From the NCBI GenBank assembly GCA_963753435.1, contig CAVWCF010000002.1:1-64000 (forward strand): a DNA stretch of 64,000 bases, written 5' to 3'. The number at the start of each line of letters is the position of its first letter. Positions within the stretch are counted from its first letter, which is position 1. The position numbers and the translations under genes are program-made. The notes under the pieces were generated by a model. That model had not been told where the DNA came from and made no database searches. It saw only the letters and a list, made by a program, of their open reading frames with translations. This document shows positions 52,180 to 62,639 of the stretch, one piece after another. This stretch comes from an uncultured Actinomycetota bacterium (GTDB taxonomy: Bacteria > Actinomycetota > Actinomycetes > CAVWCF01).

Positions 52180-52995
52180 GTGTCTGACGCGCCCATCGGC
52201 ATCTTCGACAGCGGGGTAGGCGGGCTCACCGTGGCCCGGGCCGTGCTGGATCAGTTGCCCAACGAGTCGGTCCTGTACGTCGGCGACACCGCGCGGGGGC
52301 CGTACGGGCCGCGGCCGATCGCGCAGGTGCGGGCCTTTGCGCTGGAAGTCATGGACCACCTGGTTGACCGCGGCGTGAAAGCGCTCGTCATCGCGTGCAA
52401 CTCGGCAAGCGCGGCGGTGCTACGGGACGCGCGGGAGCGCTACGACGTGCCAGTGGTGGAGGTAATCCAGCCGGCGGCACGGCGGGCGGCCCAGGCCACT
52501 CGAAACGGCAAAGTCGGCGTGATCGGAACCCATGCCACCGTGACCAGCGGTGCGTACGAAGACGCCTTCGCCGCAGCCCCGCAGCTGGAGGTCTCCAGCA
52601 AGGCCTGCCCCCGCTTCGTTGAGTTCGTCGAGTCCGGCGTCACCTCCGGGCCGGAACTGCTGGCGGTCGCGCACGAATATCTGGACCCCCTAATTCAGGA
52701 GCAGATCGACACCTTGGTCCTGGGCTGCACGCACTACCCGTTGCTGACCGGCGTCATCTCGTACGTGGCTGGAGACGGCGTCACCCTGGTCAGCAGTGCC
52801 GAGGAGACGGCGAAGGACTTGTACCGGGTCCTCGTCTCGCGCGACCTGCTGCGCGCTGGCGGGCCACCGCCGGTGCACCGATTCGTCGCGACTGGAGACC
52901 CAGCGCCGTTCGCCGAGTTGTCGCAGCGATTCCTCGGCCCGGAAGCGGTGTCCGCAACCACCGAACCGGGCCTTCTCGACGAGGTGAACGCGTGA
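52180..52995 (+). CDS. murI: glutamate racemase
   Basis: [21 protein letters not shown]. Confidence 0.96.
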   Translation: MSDAPIGIFDSGVGGLTVARAVLDQLPNESVLYVGDTARGPYGPRPIAQVRAFALEVMDHLVDRGVKALVIACNSASAAVLRDARERYDVPVVEVIQPAARRAAQATRNGKVGVIGTHATVTSGAYEDAFAAAPQLEVSSKACPRFVEFVESGVTSGPELLAVAHEYLDPLIQEQIDTLVLGCTHYPLLTGVISYVAGDGVTLVSSAEETAKDLYRVLVSRDLLRAGGPPPVHRFVATGDPAPFAELSQRFLGPEAVSATTEPGLLDEVNA

Positions 52996-53738
52996 AGTTG
53001 ACGACCGTAGGAGTCAGCGGTTCCGTACCCGGCCCGGATTCGCCGGGTTCCTGCTACCTGGTGCAGGCCGACGGCTTCAGCCTCGTCATGGATCTGGGCA
53101 ATGGCGCTTGGGGCCCGCTGCAGCGTGTGATCGCACCGGATCAGATCGACGCCCTGCTGCTGAGCCACCTGCACGCCGATCACTGCGCCGACATCTCCGC
53201 GCTGGCGGTGCACCTTCGCTACGGGTTGGGGCAGCCTCCTGCTGCCGCCCTCCCGGTGTGGGCGCCGGCGGGAGCCGGGCCCCGTTTGGCGGCTATCTCC
53301 GGGGACACCGCCGATCACCTTCGCGGCGTTCTGGAGGTAACGGAGATGAGCGAGGGGACGCACACGCTGGGTCCGTTGAGTCTCACCCTGACCCGGGTGG
53401 CGCATCCGGTGCCGGCGTTCGGTGTGCGGATCGAGCACGCCGGCGGGGTGCTCGTGTACACCGGCGACAGCGGGCCCTGCCGGGCGCTGGAGGAGTTGGC
53501 GGTCGGTGCGGACGTGCTGCTGGCCGAAGCTGGTCTTGCGGTACAGCCGGGCAACCCGCCCGATCTGCACCTGACCGGCGCCGACGCCGGCCGTCTGGCC
53601 GCAGAAGCCGGGGTGCGGCATCTCGTGCTCACGCACATACCGCCGTGGAACAGCGTGGCGGAGGCCCGGCAGGAGGCCGCGCGCGCGTACGAGGGGCAGA
53701 TCACCGTCGCCACTAGCGGCTGGTCGCTAGAGATCTGA
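52992..53738 (+). CDS. MBL-fold metallo-hydrolase (RNase Z/BN-like)
   Basis: SHLHADH, YTGD, LTHIPPW. Confidence 0.88.
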   Translation: MKLTTVGVSGSVPGPDSPGSCYLVQADGFSLVMDLGNGAWGPLQRVIAPDQIDALLLSHLHADHCADISALAVHLRYGLGQPPAAALPVWAPAGAGPRLAAISGDTADHLRGVLEVTEMSEGTHTLGPLSLTLTRVAHPVPAFGVRIEHAGGVLVYTGDSGPCRALEELAVGADVLLAEAGLAVQPGNPPDLHLTGADAGRLAAEAGVRHLVLTHIPPWNSVAEARQEAARAYEGQITVATSGWSLEI

Positions 53739-53781
53739 CGTTGGCCGAGTCGCTGTGCTGGCTCGCCTAGGCTCCCGCCCC

Positions 53782-54528
53782 ATGACCCGCAGCGATGGCC
53801 GAGCCGACGATCAACTCCGACCGATCCGCTTTGAGCGCGGCTGGTTGGACCACGCCGAGGGATCCGTGCTGGTCGAGTTCGGCCGAACGCGAGTGCTGTG
53901 CGCTGCGTCGCTCACCGCGGGCGTGCCGAGATGGCGGCGGGACTCCGGGCAGGGGTGGGTCACCGCCGAGTACGCGATGCTGCCGCGTGCGACCAATACC
54001 CGTAGCGATCGCGAGTCGGTCCGTGGCCGCCTTGGGGGTCGGACTCAGGAGATCTCCCGGCTCATCGGTCGATCGCTGCGGGCATGCGTCGACTTCGACC
54101 TGCTGGGCGAGAACACCATCGTTTTGGACTGCGACGTCTTGCAGGCCGACGGCGGGACCCGAACGGCCGCCATCACCGGCGCCTATGTCGCGCTGGCGGA
54201 CGCGGTAGCGGTCGCGCGGGAGCGGGACTGGCTGCCCGGTCCGGCTTCGCCGCTGACCTCATCGGTGGCCGCGGTGAGCGTGGGCATCGTCAACGGTGCG
54301 CCGCGGTTGGACTTGCACTACGACGATGACATCGGCGCCGACACCGACATGAACGTGGTCATGACCGGGGACGGCCGCTTTGTCGAAGTCCAGGGGACCG
54401 CCGAGGGGGAGCCGTTCGAGCGTTCCTTGCTCGACGAGCTCTTGGCCCTCGCCGCCTCCGGTTGCGATCAGCTCACGCGGCTGCAGGCTGAGGCCCTCGC
54501 GCAGCCCTTGCCGAAGCGTGACGGCTGA
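53782..54528 (+). CDS. rph: ribonuclease PH
   Basis: [38 protein letters not shown]. Confidence 0.97.
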   Translation: MTRSDGRADDQLRPIRFERGWLDHAEGSVLVEFGRTRVLCAASLTAGVPRWRRDSGQGWVTAEYAMLPRATNTRSDRESVRGRLGGRTQEISRLIGRSLRACVDFDLLGENTIVLDCDVLQADGGTRTAAITGAYVALADAVAVARERDWLPGPASPLTSSVAAVSVGIVNGAPRLDLHYDDDIGADTDMNVVMTGDGRFVEVQGTAEGEPFERSLLDELLALAASGCDQLTRLQAEALAQPLPKRDG

Positions 54529-54533
54529 CAGGC

Positions 54534-55151
54534 GTGATGACTGGTCCTCGATTGGTGCTGGCCACCCGCAACGAGCACAAGGTTGTCGAGCTGCAGCGCA
54601 TTCTCGCCGCAGCCCAACTTCCGGCGGAGGTGGTGGCGCTGGACTCCTTCAGCGACGTCCCGGAGGTCGCTGAGACCGCAACCACATTTGCGGACAACGC
54701 CTTGTTGAAGGCTCACGCGGTCGCTGCGGCTACTGGTCTTGTCGCGATTGCGGATGACTCCGGGCTCTGCGTGGACGTGCTCGGCGGCAGCCCTGGTGTG
54801 TTTTCGGCGCGGTGGTCGGGTCGACACGGCGACGATCGGGCCAACCTGGAACTGTTGCTGGCGCAACTTTCCGACGTACCGGATGCTGCCCGGACGGCGC
54901 ACTTCACTTGTGCCGCTGCCGTTGCCACGCCCGATGGGCGTGCGACATCCGTATTGGGGGAGTTGCACGGGGTGTTGACTCGGCAGCCTCGTGGCAGCAA
55001 CGGGTTCGGCTACGACCCAATCTTCGTTCCCGACGGTGACTCCCGCACGACCGCAGAGATGGACCCGGAGGACAAGGACGCGATCAGCCATCGGGGCCGG
55101 GCTTTCCGTGCGCTCGTCGAGCCGCTGAAAGCGATGCTGGAGCAGGCCTGA
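54534..55151 (+). CDS. rdgB: non-canonical purine NTP pyrophosphatase
   Basis: ATRNEHK, ADDSGL, GFGYDPIF, SHRGRA. Confidence 0.96.
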   Translation: MMTGPRLVLATRNEHKVVELQRILAAAQLPAEVVALDSFSDVPEVAETATTFADNALLKAHAVAAATGLVAIADDSGLCVDVLGGSPGVFSARWSGRHGDDRANLELLLAQLSDVPDAARTAHFTCAAAVATPDGRATSVLGELHGVLTRQPRGSNGFGYDPIFVPDGDSRTTAEMDPEDKDAISHRGRAFRALVEPLKAMLEQA

Positions 55152-55161
55152 CCGCAGTCGG

Positions 55162-55247
55162 TGGTGCGGGAGGAGGGACTTGAACCCTCACGCCCAGTGG
55201 GCACAGGAACCTAAATCCTGCGCGTCTGCCAATTCCGCCACTCCCGC
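55162..55247 (-). tRNA. tRNA-Leu(TAG)
   Basis: GCGGGAGTGGCGGAATTGGCAGACGCGC.., anticodon TAG, long variable arm, GTTCAAGTC, CCA encoded. Confidence 0.95.
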
Positions 55248-55291
55248 GCGCGGCAAAGAGTAGGCGCTGGCCCAGGTGTCCGCGCCCAGCG

Positions 55292-55777
55292 CTACAGCCC
55301 GAGGGCGGCTCGGACTTCGGCGACGTGACCGTCCGCGGCCACCGAGTACATGGCGTGCTCGAGCAGGCCGTCCGGTCCAACCACGAAGGTTGACCGCTGC
55401 ACTCCGGTGAAGGTGCGGTCGCCGAACGTCTTGGTGCCCCAGAGGCCGTAGGCGTCGATCAACTGGCGGTCCGGGTCGGACAGCAGCGGATAGGTCAGCC
55501 GGTGCTCGTCGGCGAACGCCTTGTTCTCAGCCGGCGAGTCCGGGGACACCCCGACCACGGCGACGCCGGCAGCCTGCAGCGACTCCAGGCTGTCGCGGAA
55601 GTCGCATGCCTCCAGCGTGCAACCGGGCGTGGCCGCCTTGGGATAGAAGAACAGCACCAATCGCTGGCCGGCGTAGTCGGCCGACGTGACGGTCGAGCCG
55701 TCGTGGCTGGTCAGGGAGAACTCCGGCGCTGGATCGCCGGTTCGCAACGTGATGGTTCCGAAGGTCAAGTCAGTCAC
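55292..55777 (-). CDS. bcp: peroxiredoxin Bcp (paralog 2)
   Basis: FYPKAATPGCTLEACDF, RSTFVV; start uncertain. Confidence 0.88.
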   Translation of the reverse strand: MTDLTFGTITLRTGDPAPEFSLTSHDGSTVTSADYAGQRLVLFFYPKAATPGCTLEACDFRDSLESLQAAGVAVVGVSPDSPAENKAFADEHRLTYPLLSDPDRQLIDAYGLWGTKTFGDRTFTGVQRSTFVVGPDGLLEHAMYSVAADGHVAEVRAALGL

Positions 55778-55863
55778 GGCGAGGACCGTATGCGGGCGCA
55801 AATGAACGTGCATCTTGGGGTGGTCGGCAGGGGTGGGAAGAGTGCCGGAGATGGGATGCGGCA

Positions 55864-56331
55864 TCAGCCCGCGATCCCGAGTTCACGCGTCAGTTTGGCC
55901 ACGTGACCTGTCGCGCGCACGCCGTAGCGGGCCTCCTCGATGCGCCCGTCGGAGCCGACGATGAACGTGGACCGGATCACACCGGTGACGGTCTTGCCGT
56001 AGAGCTGCTTCTCCCCGTATGCGCCCCATTGGGTCATCACTGCCCGGTCAGGATCGGACAGCAACGTGAACTCCAGGGACTCCTTGTCGCGGAACTCCCG
56101 AAGCTTCTCGCTGGAATCGGGGGAAATGCCCAGAACGGTCAGCCCGGCCGCTTCGATGTTCGCCTTTGCCGCCTGGAAGTCGCAGGCCTGCTTCGTGCAG
56201 CCCGGGGTTCCCGCGGCCGGGAAGAAGTAGACGATGACGCGCTGGCCGCGGTAGTCGGCCAGACAGACGGTCTTCTCATCCGCAGCCAGTAGGCAGAACG
56301 GCGGAGCCGCGTGCCCGGCTGTCAAGCGCAT
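55864..56331 (-). CDS. bcp: peroxiredoxin Bcp (paralog 1)
   Basis: FFPAAGTPGCTKQACDF, GVIRSTF. Confidence 0.92.
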   Translation of the reverse strand: MRLTAGHAAPPFCLLAADEKTVCLADYRGQRVIVYFFPAAGTPGCTKQACDFQAAKANIEAAGLTVLGISPDSSEKLREFRDKESLEFTLLSDPDRAVMTQWGAYGEKQLYGKTVTGVIRSTFIVGSDGRIEEARYGVRATGHVAKLTRELGIAG

Positions 56332-56351
56332 CCCTAGAGGCTATCGACTTG

Positions 56352-56368
56352 TTGCGAATAACTCGCAA
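56352..56368. promoter_or_regulatory. Nur-like (Fur family) operator
   Basis: Palindrome TTGCGA-N5-TCGCAA 34 nt upstream of the ECF operon; resembles the Streptomyces Nur box TTGCAA-N5-TTGCAA. Confidence 0.6.
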
Positions 56369-56402
56369 TAGGGTAAGACTCTGCTTATCAAGGGGAGGTC
56401 TC

Positions 56403-57449
56403 ATGCACGTTCCGGACGGGTTCCTGTCCGCGCCGGTTTCGGTGGCAACTGCCGCGGTCGCCGCAGGCACGGTCGCAGTCGCGCTTCGCAAGGCACGGAA
56501 TGAACTGGATGAAAAGACCGCCCCCATGGCGGGTCTGGTCGCCGCCTTCATCTTCGCGGTCCAAATGATCAACTTCCCGGTCGGGGTCGGAACCAGCGGC
56601 CACCTCATGGGTGGTGCGCTGGCTGCGGTGCTGGTCGGTCCCTGGACTGCTGTCTTATGTATTTCTGTTGTCCTCGTGGTGCAGGCGCTGCTGTTCGCTG
56701 ATGGCGGTCTGACTGCGCTCGGCACGAACATCACGCTCATCGGCCTCGTCACCGTGCTGGTGGGTTGGACCGTCACTCGGTTGGTGTTGCGTTTCCTGCC
56801 GCGACGACCGTCGTCAGTGGTCCCTGCCTCCTTCGTTGGCGCGCTGCTCTCCGTACCCGCGGCCGCGGCGGTCTTCACGCTGCTCTTCGCGATCGGCGGG
56901 CAGGCGGACCTGTCCCTGACCGCCCTGCTGGTCACCATGATCGGCTGGCACACGCTGATCGGGCTGGGCGAAGCGGTGATCACCTCCCTGACTGTCGGGG
57001 CGGTGGTGGCAACCCGACCCGACCTGGTCTTCGCAGCGCGAGACCTGCAGCCGTCCCTGCTACTCAAGACCGCCGATGGGGACTTGGTGACCGCGCCTGG
57101 AACCGAAGCGGAGCCGGCCAACGCCGAGCGGTCGCGGGTCGGCGTCTTCGTGCTGGTCGGGCTGGCGGTCACTGCCGGTGTAGCGGGGCTGCTGTCGTTC
57201 TTCGCCAGTTCCAACCCGGACGGGCTGGAGTACGTCGCTGAGGATCAGGGCTTCCTGGACCGCGCCAAGGACTCGGCGGTGGGCGAGTTCCTGCTCGCCG
57301 ACTACGGCGAGGTCGGCGGCATACCGGTGGGAATCGCCGGGCTGATCGGCGTCGCTGCGACGGTCGTGATCGGTTGGCTGTTGTTCCGGTGGCTGGGGCG
57401 GGGATCCTCACAGCCGCCGGCTGAGCCCCGTTCTCGGGCAAGGGTCTGA
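56403..57449 (+). CDS. ECF Ni/Co transporter S component fused to PDGLE (NikMN-like)
   Basis: N-terminal MHVPDG, GTSGHLMGG, C-terminal SSNPDGLE. Confidence 0.9.
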   Translation: MHVPDGFLSAPVSVATAAVAAGTVAVALRKARNELDEKTAPMAGLVAAFIFAVQMINFPVGVGTSGHLMGGALAAVLVGPWTAVLCISVVLVVQALLFADGGLTALGTNITLIGLVTVLVGWTVTRLVLRFLPRRPSSVVPASFVGALLSVPAAAAVFTLLFAIGGQADLSLTALLVTMIGWHTLIGLGEAVITSLTVGAVVATRPDLVFAARDLQPSLLLKTADGDLVTAPGTEAEPANAERSRVGVFVLVGLAVTAGVAGLLSFFASSNPDGLEYVAEDQGFLDRAKDSAVGEFLLADYGEVGGIPVGIAGLIGVAATVVIGWLLFRWLGRGSSQPPAEPRSRARV

Positions 57450-58222
57450 TGGCCGGTGGGCATACCGGCCATGCGCACCGGATGTACCGCCATGGGCACT
57501 CGGTCGTTCACGGGCTTCCCGCGCACGTCAAGATCGTTGCCCTGGTCTCGTTCGTACTGATCGTCGTATCCACGCCGCGCGAGGCTTTCTGGGCGTTCGG
57601 GGCCTACGCGCTGCTGCTCATCGCAGTGGCGATGGTGGCTCATGTCCCGGCCGGATTCATCCTGCCGCGGATGCTGATCGAATTGCCGTTCGTGGTGTTC
57701 GCCCTGCTGCTGCCGTTCATCTCGGGGGGACCGGAGACCGAGTTCCTGGGCTTGACCGTTTCTGAGTCCGGACTGCTCGCGGGCTGGAACATCATCGCTA
57801 AGGGCTCTCTGGGTGTAGTCGCTTCGATCCTCCTGGCCGCCACGACCGAGCCCCGAGATCTTCTGGTCGGGTTGCAGCGGTTGCGGGTTCCGCCACTGCT
57901 GGTGGAGATTGCCTCTTTCATGGTCCGATACGCCGACGTGATCGGTGGGGAGATGCAGCGCATGAAGGTGGCACGGGAGTCGCGCGGCTTCCAGGGCAGG
58001 CATCTGGGGCACCTGCGCGTGATCGCGCACTCGGCGGGTGCACTCTTCATCCGCTCCTACGAACGTGGCGAACGCGTGCACCTGGCAATGCTGTCCCGCG
58101 GGTACAACGGCGCGTTGCCACGGCTGGGCAGCGCGACCACCACGGGGTCCGACTGGGCCAGGGCGGTGGTGCTGCCAGCGGCCGCACTGGTCATCGCGGC
58201 CAATGCCTGGGTACTGCTGTGA
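57449..58222 (+). CDS. cbiQ: ECF T component (CbiQ/NikQ)
   Basis: His-rich N-terminus, ARESRG, RSYERGERV, MLSRG. Confidence 0.9.
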   Translation: MAGGHTGHAHRMYRHGHSVVHGLPAHVKIVALVSFVLIVVSTPREAFWAFGAYALLLIAVAMVAHVPAGFILPRMLIELPFVVFALLLPFISGGPETEFLGLTVSESGLLAGWNIIAKGSLGVVASILLAATTEPRDLLVGLQRLRVPPLLVEIASFMVRYADVIGGEMQRMKVARESRGFQGRHLGHLRVIAHSAGALFIRSYERGERVHLAMLSRGYNGALPRLGSATTTGSDWARAVVLPAAALVIAANAWVLL

Positions 58223-58965
58223 CACCTTCCTTGGAGGTTCGTGGCCTCGCCTACGCGTACCCGGATGGACACCAGGCTCTCTTCGGTGTCGATCTGACCG
58301 TTGCTACCGGGGAACGCGTCGCTTTGTTGGGACCCAACGGCGCCGGCAAGACCACCCTGGTTCTGCACCTCAACGGAATCCTGTCCGGAGGGGTGGGTGA
58401 GGTGCGTGTGGGCGGCCTGCCGGTCGCCAAGGACTCTCTCACGGAGATCCGCAGGCGGGTCGGCATCGTCTTTCAGGACCCCGACGACCAGTTGTTCATG
58501 CCCTCGGTCCGTGACGACGTCGCCTTCGGCCCGGCCAACCTCGGCGTGACCGGCTCGGAGTTGGACGACCGAGTCATGATGGCGCTCAAGCGTGTTGGCA
58601 TGGAGGCATTCGCCGACCGGCCACCGCACCATCTTTCGTTCGGGCAACGACGGCGTGTGGCTGTGGCAACCGTGCTCGTTATGGAGCCGGAAATCCTCGT
58701 TCTGGACGAGCCGTCCAGCAACCTGGACCCGGCATCCCGGCGGGAACTTGCGGATGTGCTGCTCGCCCTAGACGTCACGATTCTCATGGTCACCCACGAC
58801 CTGCCCTACGCACTGGAGCTGTGTCCCCGATCGGCGGTGCTCAACGAGGGAGTCATCGTCACCGATGGTCCGACGTCGGACATCCTGTGCAACGATGAGT
58901 TGATGGCAGCCAACCGGTTGGAGTTGCCGTTCGGGTTCGACCCGACGACCACCCCAACTATTTGA
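58219..58965 (+). CDS. cbiO: ECF ATPase (CbiO/NikO)
   Basis: GPNGAGKTT, FQDPDDQLF, LSFGQ, LDEP. Confidence 0.92.
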   Translation: MTPSLEVRGLAYAYPDGHQALFGVDLTVATGERVALLGPNGAGKTTLVLHLNGILSGGVGEVRVGGLPVAKDSLTEIRRRVGIVFQDPDDQLFMPSVRDDVAFGPANLGVTGSELDDRVMMALKRVGMEAFADRPPHHLSFGQRRRVAVATVLVMEPEILVLDEPSSNLDPASRRELADVLLALDVTILMVTHDLPYALELCPRSAVLNEGVIVTDGPTSDILCNDELMAANRLELPFGFDPTTTPTI

Positions 58966-58979
58966 GCGGGGAGGGCCAA

Positions 58980-59261
58980 GTGGCCGAAGCATCAGACACC
59001 AGCGAGGCGTCGACGTCGGCTGCCCCGCCGGCCCGGTCCGTCGCCGACATCCAGGCCGATTTGGCTGCCCGTCGGCAGTCTCTTGCCGCGACGGTGGACG
59101 AGCTCAGCTACCGGGTCCAGCCGAGCACCATGGCGCACCGCGCCAGCGCCAGTGCGATTGCCTTCTTCAAGGAGCCCGAGACCGGGCAGGTGCGCTGGGG
59201 TCGCGTCGCCATCGTCGCCGGTGGCGCCGCGCTGCTGCTTGCGGGGATCATCCGCCGCTGA
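58980..59261 (+). CDS. DUF3618 domain protein
   Basis: RSVADIQADLAARRQSLAATVDEL..RVQP, C-terminal TM. Confidence 0.78.
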   Translation: MAEASDTSEASTSAAPPARSVADIQADLAARRQSLAATVDELSYRVQPSTMAHRASASAIAFFKEPETGQVRWGRVAIVAGGAALLLAGIIRR

Positions 59262-59288
59262 CAAACAGCGCGCCGGTAGCCTGCCTAA

Positions 59289-59624
59289 GTGGTTTCAGCT
59301 GGGGATCCTGACTCGCTACCGGTGAAATTGCTGCACGACCGGGTGCTGGTCAGCGCTGACGGTGCGGCCGGTGAACGCACCTCGACCGGCGGGATTGTGA
59401 TTCCGGCCACGGCCGAGGTCGGCAAACGGCTGGTCTGGGCCGAGGTGGTCGGTGTCGGGCAGAACGTCCGCACCTTCGAAGTCGGTGATCGAGTCCTGTT
59501 CGACCCGGAGGTGCGCGCCGAGGTGGAAATGGCCGGGCGCACCTACATCCTGTTGCGGGAGCGGGACGTGCACGCGGTAGCCAGCCAGCGGATCACCGAG
59601 CCCGGTACCGGGCTGTACCTGTGA
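59289..59624 (+). CDS. GroES-like co-chaperonin (orphan paralog)
   Basis: KLLHDRVLV, GGIVIPATA, VGDRVLF, LLRERDVHA; start uncertain. Confidence 0.85.
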   Translation: MVSAGDPDSLPVKLLHDRVLVSADGAAGERTSTGGIVIPATAEVGKRLVWAEVVGVGQNVRTFEVGDRVLFDPEVRAEVEMAGRTYILLRERDVHAVASQRITEPGTGLYL

Positions 59625-60982
59625 CCCAGCCGGCCGCGCTGGCACCGGGTCCGACCGGCGCGGAGATGTTGCGGAGCATCACGCGAATGCGACGCGACAC
59701 CTTGGGCTTCCTGAGCGACTGCGCGCACCGGTACGGCGACGTCGTCGCGTTTCCCGTGCCGGGGGACCCCGTACTGCTCTTGACCGCGCCCGAGGCGGTT
59801 CGCCAGGTGATGCAGGCGGGGCACCGCGACTTCGGCAAACGAACGGTCCAGTACGACACGCTGGCGCTGGTTACGGGCCGCGGGCTGCTCACCAACGACG
59901 GTGATTCCTGGATGCGCCGCCGTCGCCTGGCGCAGCCGGCGTTCCACGGGGCGCGGATGGCAGCCGTTGGCGATCAAGTCGGCAGCGCGGTCGGCCGCCT
60001 GGAGGCGGAGTGGTCCGCCCTGCCCGACGGCACAGTCATCGACGTCGACGCCGCCATGATGCGGGTCGCCTTGGAGGTCGTGGGTCGATCGTTGTTCTCC
60101 GCTGACTTCACTGAGGATGCCGATCGGCTCGTGGCGGCGGTGCTTGAGTCACTGGACCTGGTGGTCGCCCGGGCATCATCGCCATTCCGCCTGCCGCTGG
60201 CCGTCCCCACGCCGCGCAACCTCCGCATGCGGCGAGCGGTGGCGGTGCTGGATGCGGCGGTCGAGCCGCTCATCCGGGCGCGGCGGACGCGCGCGGAAGG
60301 ACCGGGAGACGACCTCCTGGGCGCCTACATCGCGGCTGACGATGATGGTGCCGCGCTTTCTGACGCGGAGATCCGCGACGAGGTCGTCACCTTGATCGTG
60401 GCCGGGCACGAGACCGTCGCGTCCTCACTGACCTGGACCTGGCATCTGCTCGGTCAACACCCGGACATAGCTGATGCAGTTGCGGCGGAATCAGCACGAG
60501 TGGCCGGTGAGCGGGCTCTCAGTGCCACGGATCTGCGGGCGCTGGATCTGACCGGACGGGTCGTCACCGAGTCGCTGCGATTGTTCCCACCGGCGTGGGT
60601 CGTGAGCAGGCGAGCATTGGCCGACGTTGAGGTGTGCGGGTACTCGATCCCGGCCGGCGCGACGCTGATCCTCAGCCCCTACGTCACTCAGCGCGACCGG
60701 CGAAACTTCGCCGACCCGGAGGTCTTCGACCCCGACCGGTGGTGCACAGCCGCGGGCGAGCGGTTCGCGTACTTCCCGTTCGGCGCCGGACCGAACCTAT
60801 GCATTGGACGCGACTTCGCCCTGTTGGAGGCAGTGCTGATCGTGGCGACTCTGGCCCAACGCTTCCGACTGGAGCCCCAGGCCGGTCGCGCAGTGCGCGC
60901 CGAACCGCTGGTCACTATTCGCCCGGCCGGCGGGATGCCGATGCGACTCAAGCACCGGCAGCAGTCGACGCTGAGCGCCTGA
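59621..60982 (+). CDS. cytochrome P450
   Basis: AGHET I-helix, ESLR ExxR, FDPDRW, FPFGAGPNLCIG heme motif. Confidence 0.94.
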   Translation: MTQPAALAPGPTGAEMLRSITRMRRDTLGFLSDCAHRYGDVVAFPVPGDPVLLLTAPEAVRQVMQAGHRDFGKRTVQYDTLALVTGRGLLTNDGDSWMRRRRLAQPAFHGARMAAVGDQVGSAVGRLEAEWSALPDGTVIDVDAAMMRVALEVVGRSLFSADFTEDADRLVAAVLESLDLVVARASSPFRLPLAVPTPRNLRMRRAVAVLDAAVEPLIRARRTRAEGPGDDLLGAYIAADDDGAALSDAEIRDEVVTLIVAGHETVASSLTWTWHLLGQHPDIADAVAAESARVAGERALSATDLRALDLTGRVVTESLRLFPPAWVVSRRALADVEVCGYSIPAGATLILSPYVTQRDRRNFADPEVFDPDRWCTAAGERFAYFPFGAGPNLCIGRDFALLEAVLIVATLAQRFRLEPQAGRAVRAEPLVTIRPAGGMPMRLKHRQQSTLSA

Positions 60983-62141
60983 GCCCGGAACTTGTGACGA
61001 ACAGGTAGACCGCGCCGATCGCGGCCACGAACCCCGATGCCACCAACGGCACCGTGCCCGATCCCGGTCCGGTCTCCCACAGCAGCCCGGCCCACAGCCC
61101 GGCCAGCAGAATTGCGCCGCCGGAGAACCCTTGGAACACGCCCTGCGCGCGGCCCCGGTCGGCGGCGGGTACCAAGTCGGTGATCCAGGCCTTGCCGACG
61201 CCGTCAGTGAGCGCGTGGAAGCCGCCGTAGACCAACAGCAGCAGGATGACCGCGAACCCACCGTCGACGGTCGCCAAGCCCAGGTATCCGATCGTGAAGC
61301 AGACCAGGCCGACGGCGTAGATGCGAGCGCGTGGCCAACGATCCGCCAGGGCCCCAGCGGGGTAGGAGAGCAGTGCGTAGGAGGCGTTGTAGGCCACGAA
61401 TGCCAGCACGACCTCGGTCGCGCTGAAACCCAGCTGGCTGACTCGCAGGAGCACGAGCGCGTCGGGGAAGTTCGCGAGTGAGATCAGCCCAAGGATGAGG
61501 ATCGTGCGCTTCGCCTGCGGCGGCAGCGGAGTTCGGGCCCGGCTCTCCGCTGCTGTTCGCGGGCGGACCTGCCGGGTTTCGCGAACCAGAAATGTCAGTG
61601 CGACGCTGAGGACGGCCGGAACCACGGCAACCCAGAGTGCGACCCGGATGTCGCCATCGGTAAGGACCAGAACGAGTAGCCCTAGCAGCGGTCCCAGCAC
61701 CGCCCCGAGCGTGTCGGTGGCCCGGTGGAAGCCGAATGCCCGGCCCAGGTCGGCGGGGGCGACGCCGTCGGCGATCAGGGCGTCCCGAGGTGTGCCACGC
61801 ACACCCTTGCCGATGCGGTCCACGCTGCGTCCGACCAGCACAGCCGGCCACGTGGTGGCCGCTGCCACGATCACCTTGCCTCCGGCCGCTAGCGCGTAGC
61901 CGGTGCTGACCAGTCCCCGTCGCCCCTCGCGGTCGGAGGCGCGACCAGACAGGTAGCGGGCCAATGACGCGGCGCCTTCGGCCACTCCTTCGACCAGGCC
62001 AACAACCACGGCGGGGGCGCCCAAGACCACGGTCAACAGGATGGGGAGGATCGGGTAGACCAACTCACTGGCCATGTCCTGCAGGAGCGAGACCATGGCG
62101 AGCAGAAAGAGGTTGCGGGTCAACCACCGTGGCCTGCGCAC
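60948..62141 (-). CDS. MFS transporter
   Basis: DMASE, DRIGKGVRGTPRDALIAD, GRAFGFHR. Confidence 0.9.
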   Translation of the reverse strand: MRRPRWLTRNLFLLAMVSLLQDMASELVYPILPILLTVVLGAPAVVVGLVEGVAEGAASLARYLSGRASDREGRRGLVSTGYALAAGGKVIVAAATTWPAVLVGRSVDRIGKGVRGTPRDALIADGVAPADLGRAFGFHRATDTLGAVLGPLLGLLVLVLTDGDIRVALWVAVVPAVLSVALTFLVRETRQVRPRTAAESRARTPLPPQAKRTILILGLISLANFPDALVLLRVSQLGFSATEVVLAFVAYNASYALLSYPAGALADRWPRARIYAVGLVCFTIGYLGLATVDGGFAVILLLLVYGGFHALTDGVGKAWITDLVPAADRGRAQGVFQGFSGGAILLAGLWAGLLWETGPGSGTVPLVASGFVAAIGAVYLFVTSSGLRRSASTAAGA

Positions 62142-62162
62142 GGTGGGACTATTTCGTACGGG

Positions 62163-62235
62163 TGCGCCGCCAGGGACTCGAACCCCGAACCCGCGGATTA
62201 AGAGTCCGCTGCTCTGCCAGTTGAGCTAGCGGCGC
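62163..62235 (-). tRNA. tRNA-Lys(CTT)
   Basis: GCGCCGCTAGCTCAACTGGCAGAGC.., loop CT-CTT-AA, GTTCGAGTC. Confidence 0.95.
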
Positions 62236-62277
62236 GTGAGGCGGAACGGTACCAGCGACGGCTGGATGCTTGGTAAT

Positions 62278-62607
62278 TCATTCCTCTTCGCTGGGTGGCC
62301 GCTTGGCTGCCGGGCGTTCCCGCTCCCAGGCAGAGAGTTGCTGCTCAAGTGCCTTCATGATCTCGAAGACCTGCGACGGCGGGATGTGCACGCGGCTGAC
62401 GATGCGGGCCGGCACGTTGAGGAATACGTGCCCGTCGGTGGTGTCCTGCTTGGGCCGGGGTTGGCCGGAAACCGCGGCGAAGTCCAGGGTGAAGCCGTCG
62501 TTGTCGTGCCAGATCGAGACAAAGTTGGCGTAGACGCCGCCTTCGACTTCGGGGGAGATCTCAATGGCGAAGCGGGTCTCGGGAGAGCCGCCTGGGGAAT
62601 CGGTCAT
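62278..62607 (-). CDS. DUF3467-like protein
   Basis: GVYANF, FTLDF, IVSRVHIPP motifs. Confidence 0.8.
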   Translation of the reverse strand: MTDSPGGSPETRFAIEISPEVEGGVYANFVSIWHDNDGFTLDFAAVSGQPRPKQDTTDGHVFLNVPARIVSRVHIPPSQVFEIMKALEQQLSAWERERPAAKRPPSEEE

Positions 62608-62639
62608 GACCCCAGCCTACGAGTGGCGTGGGTCTTGCG

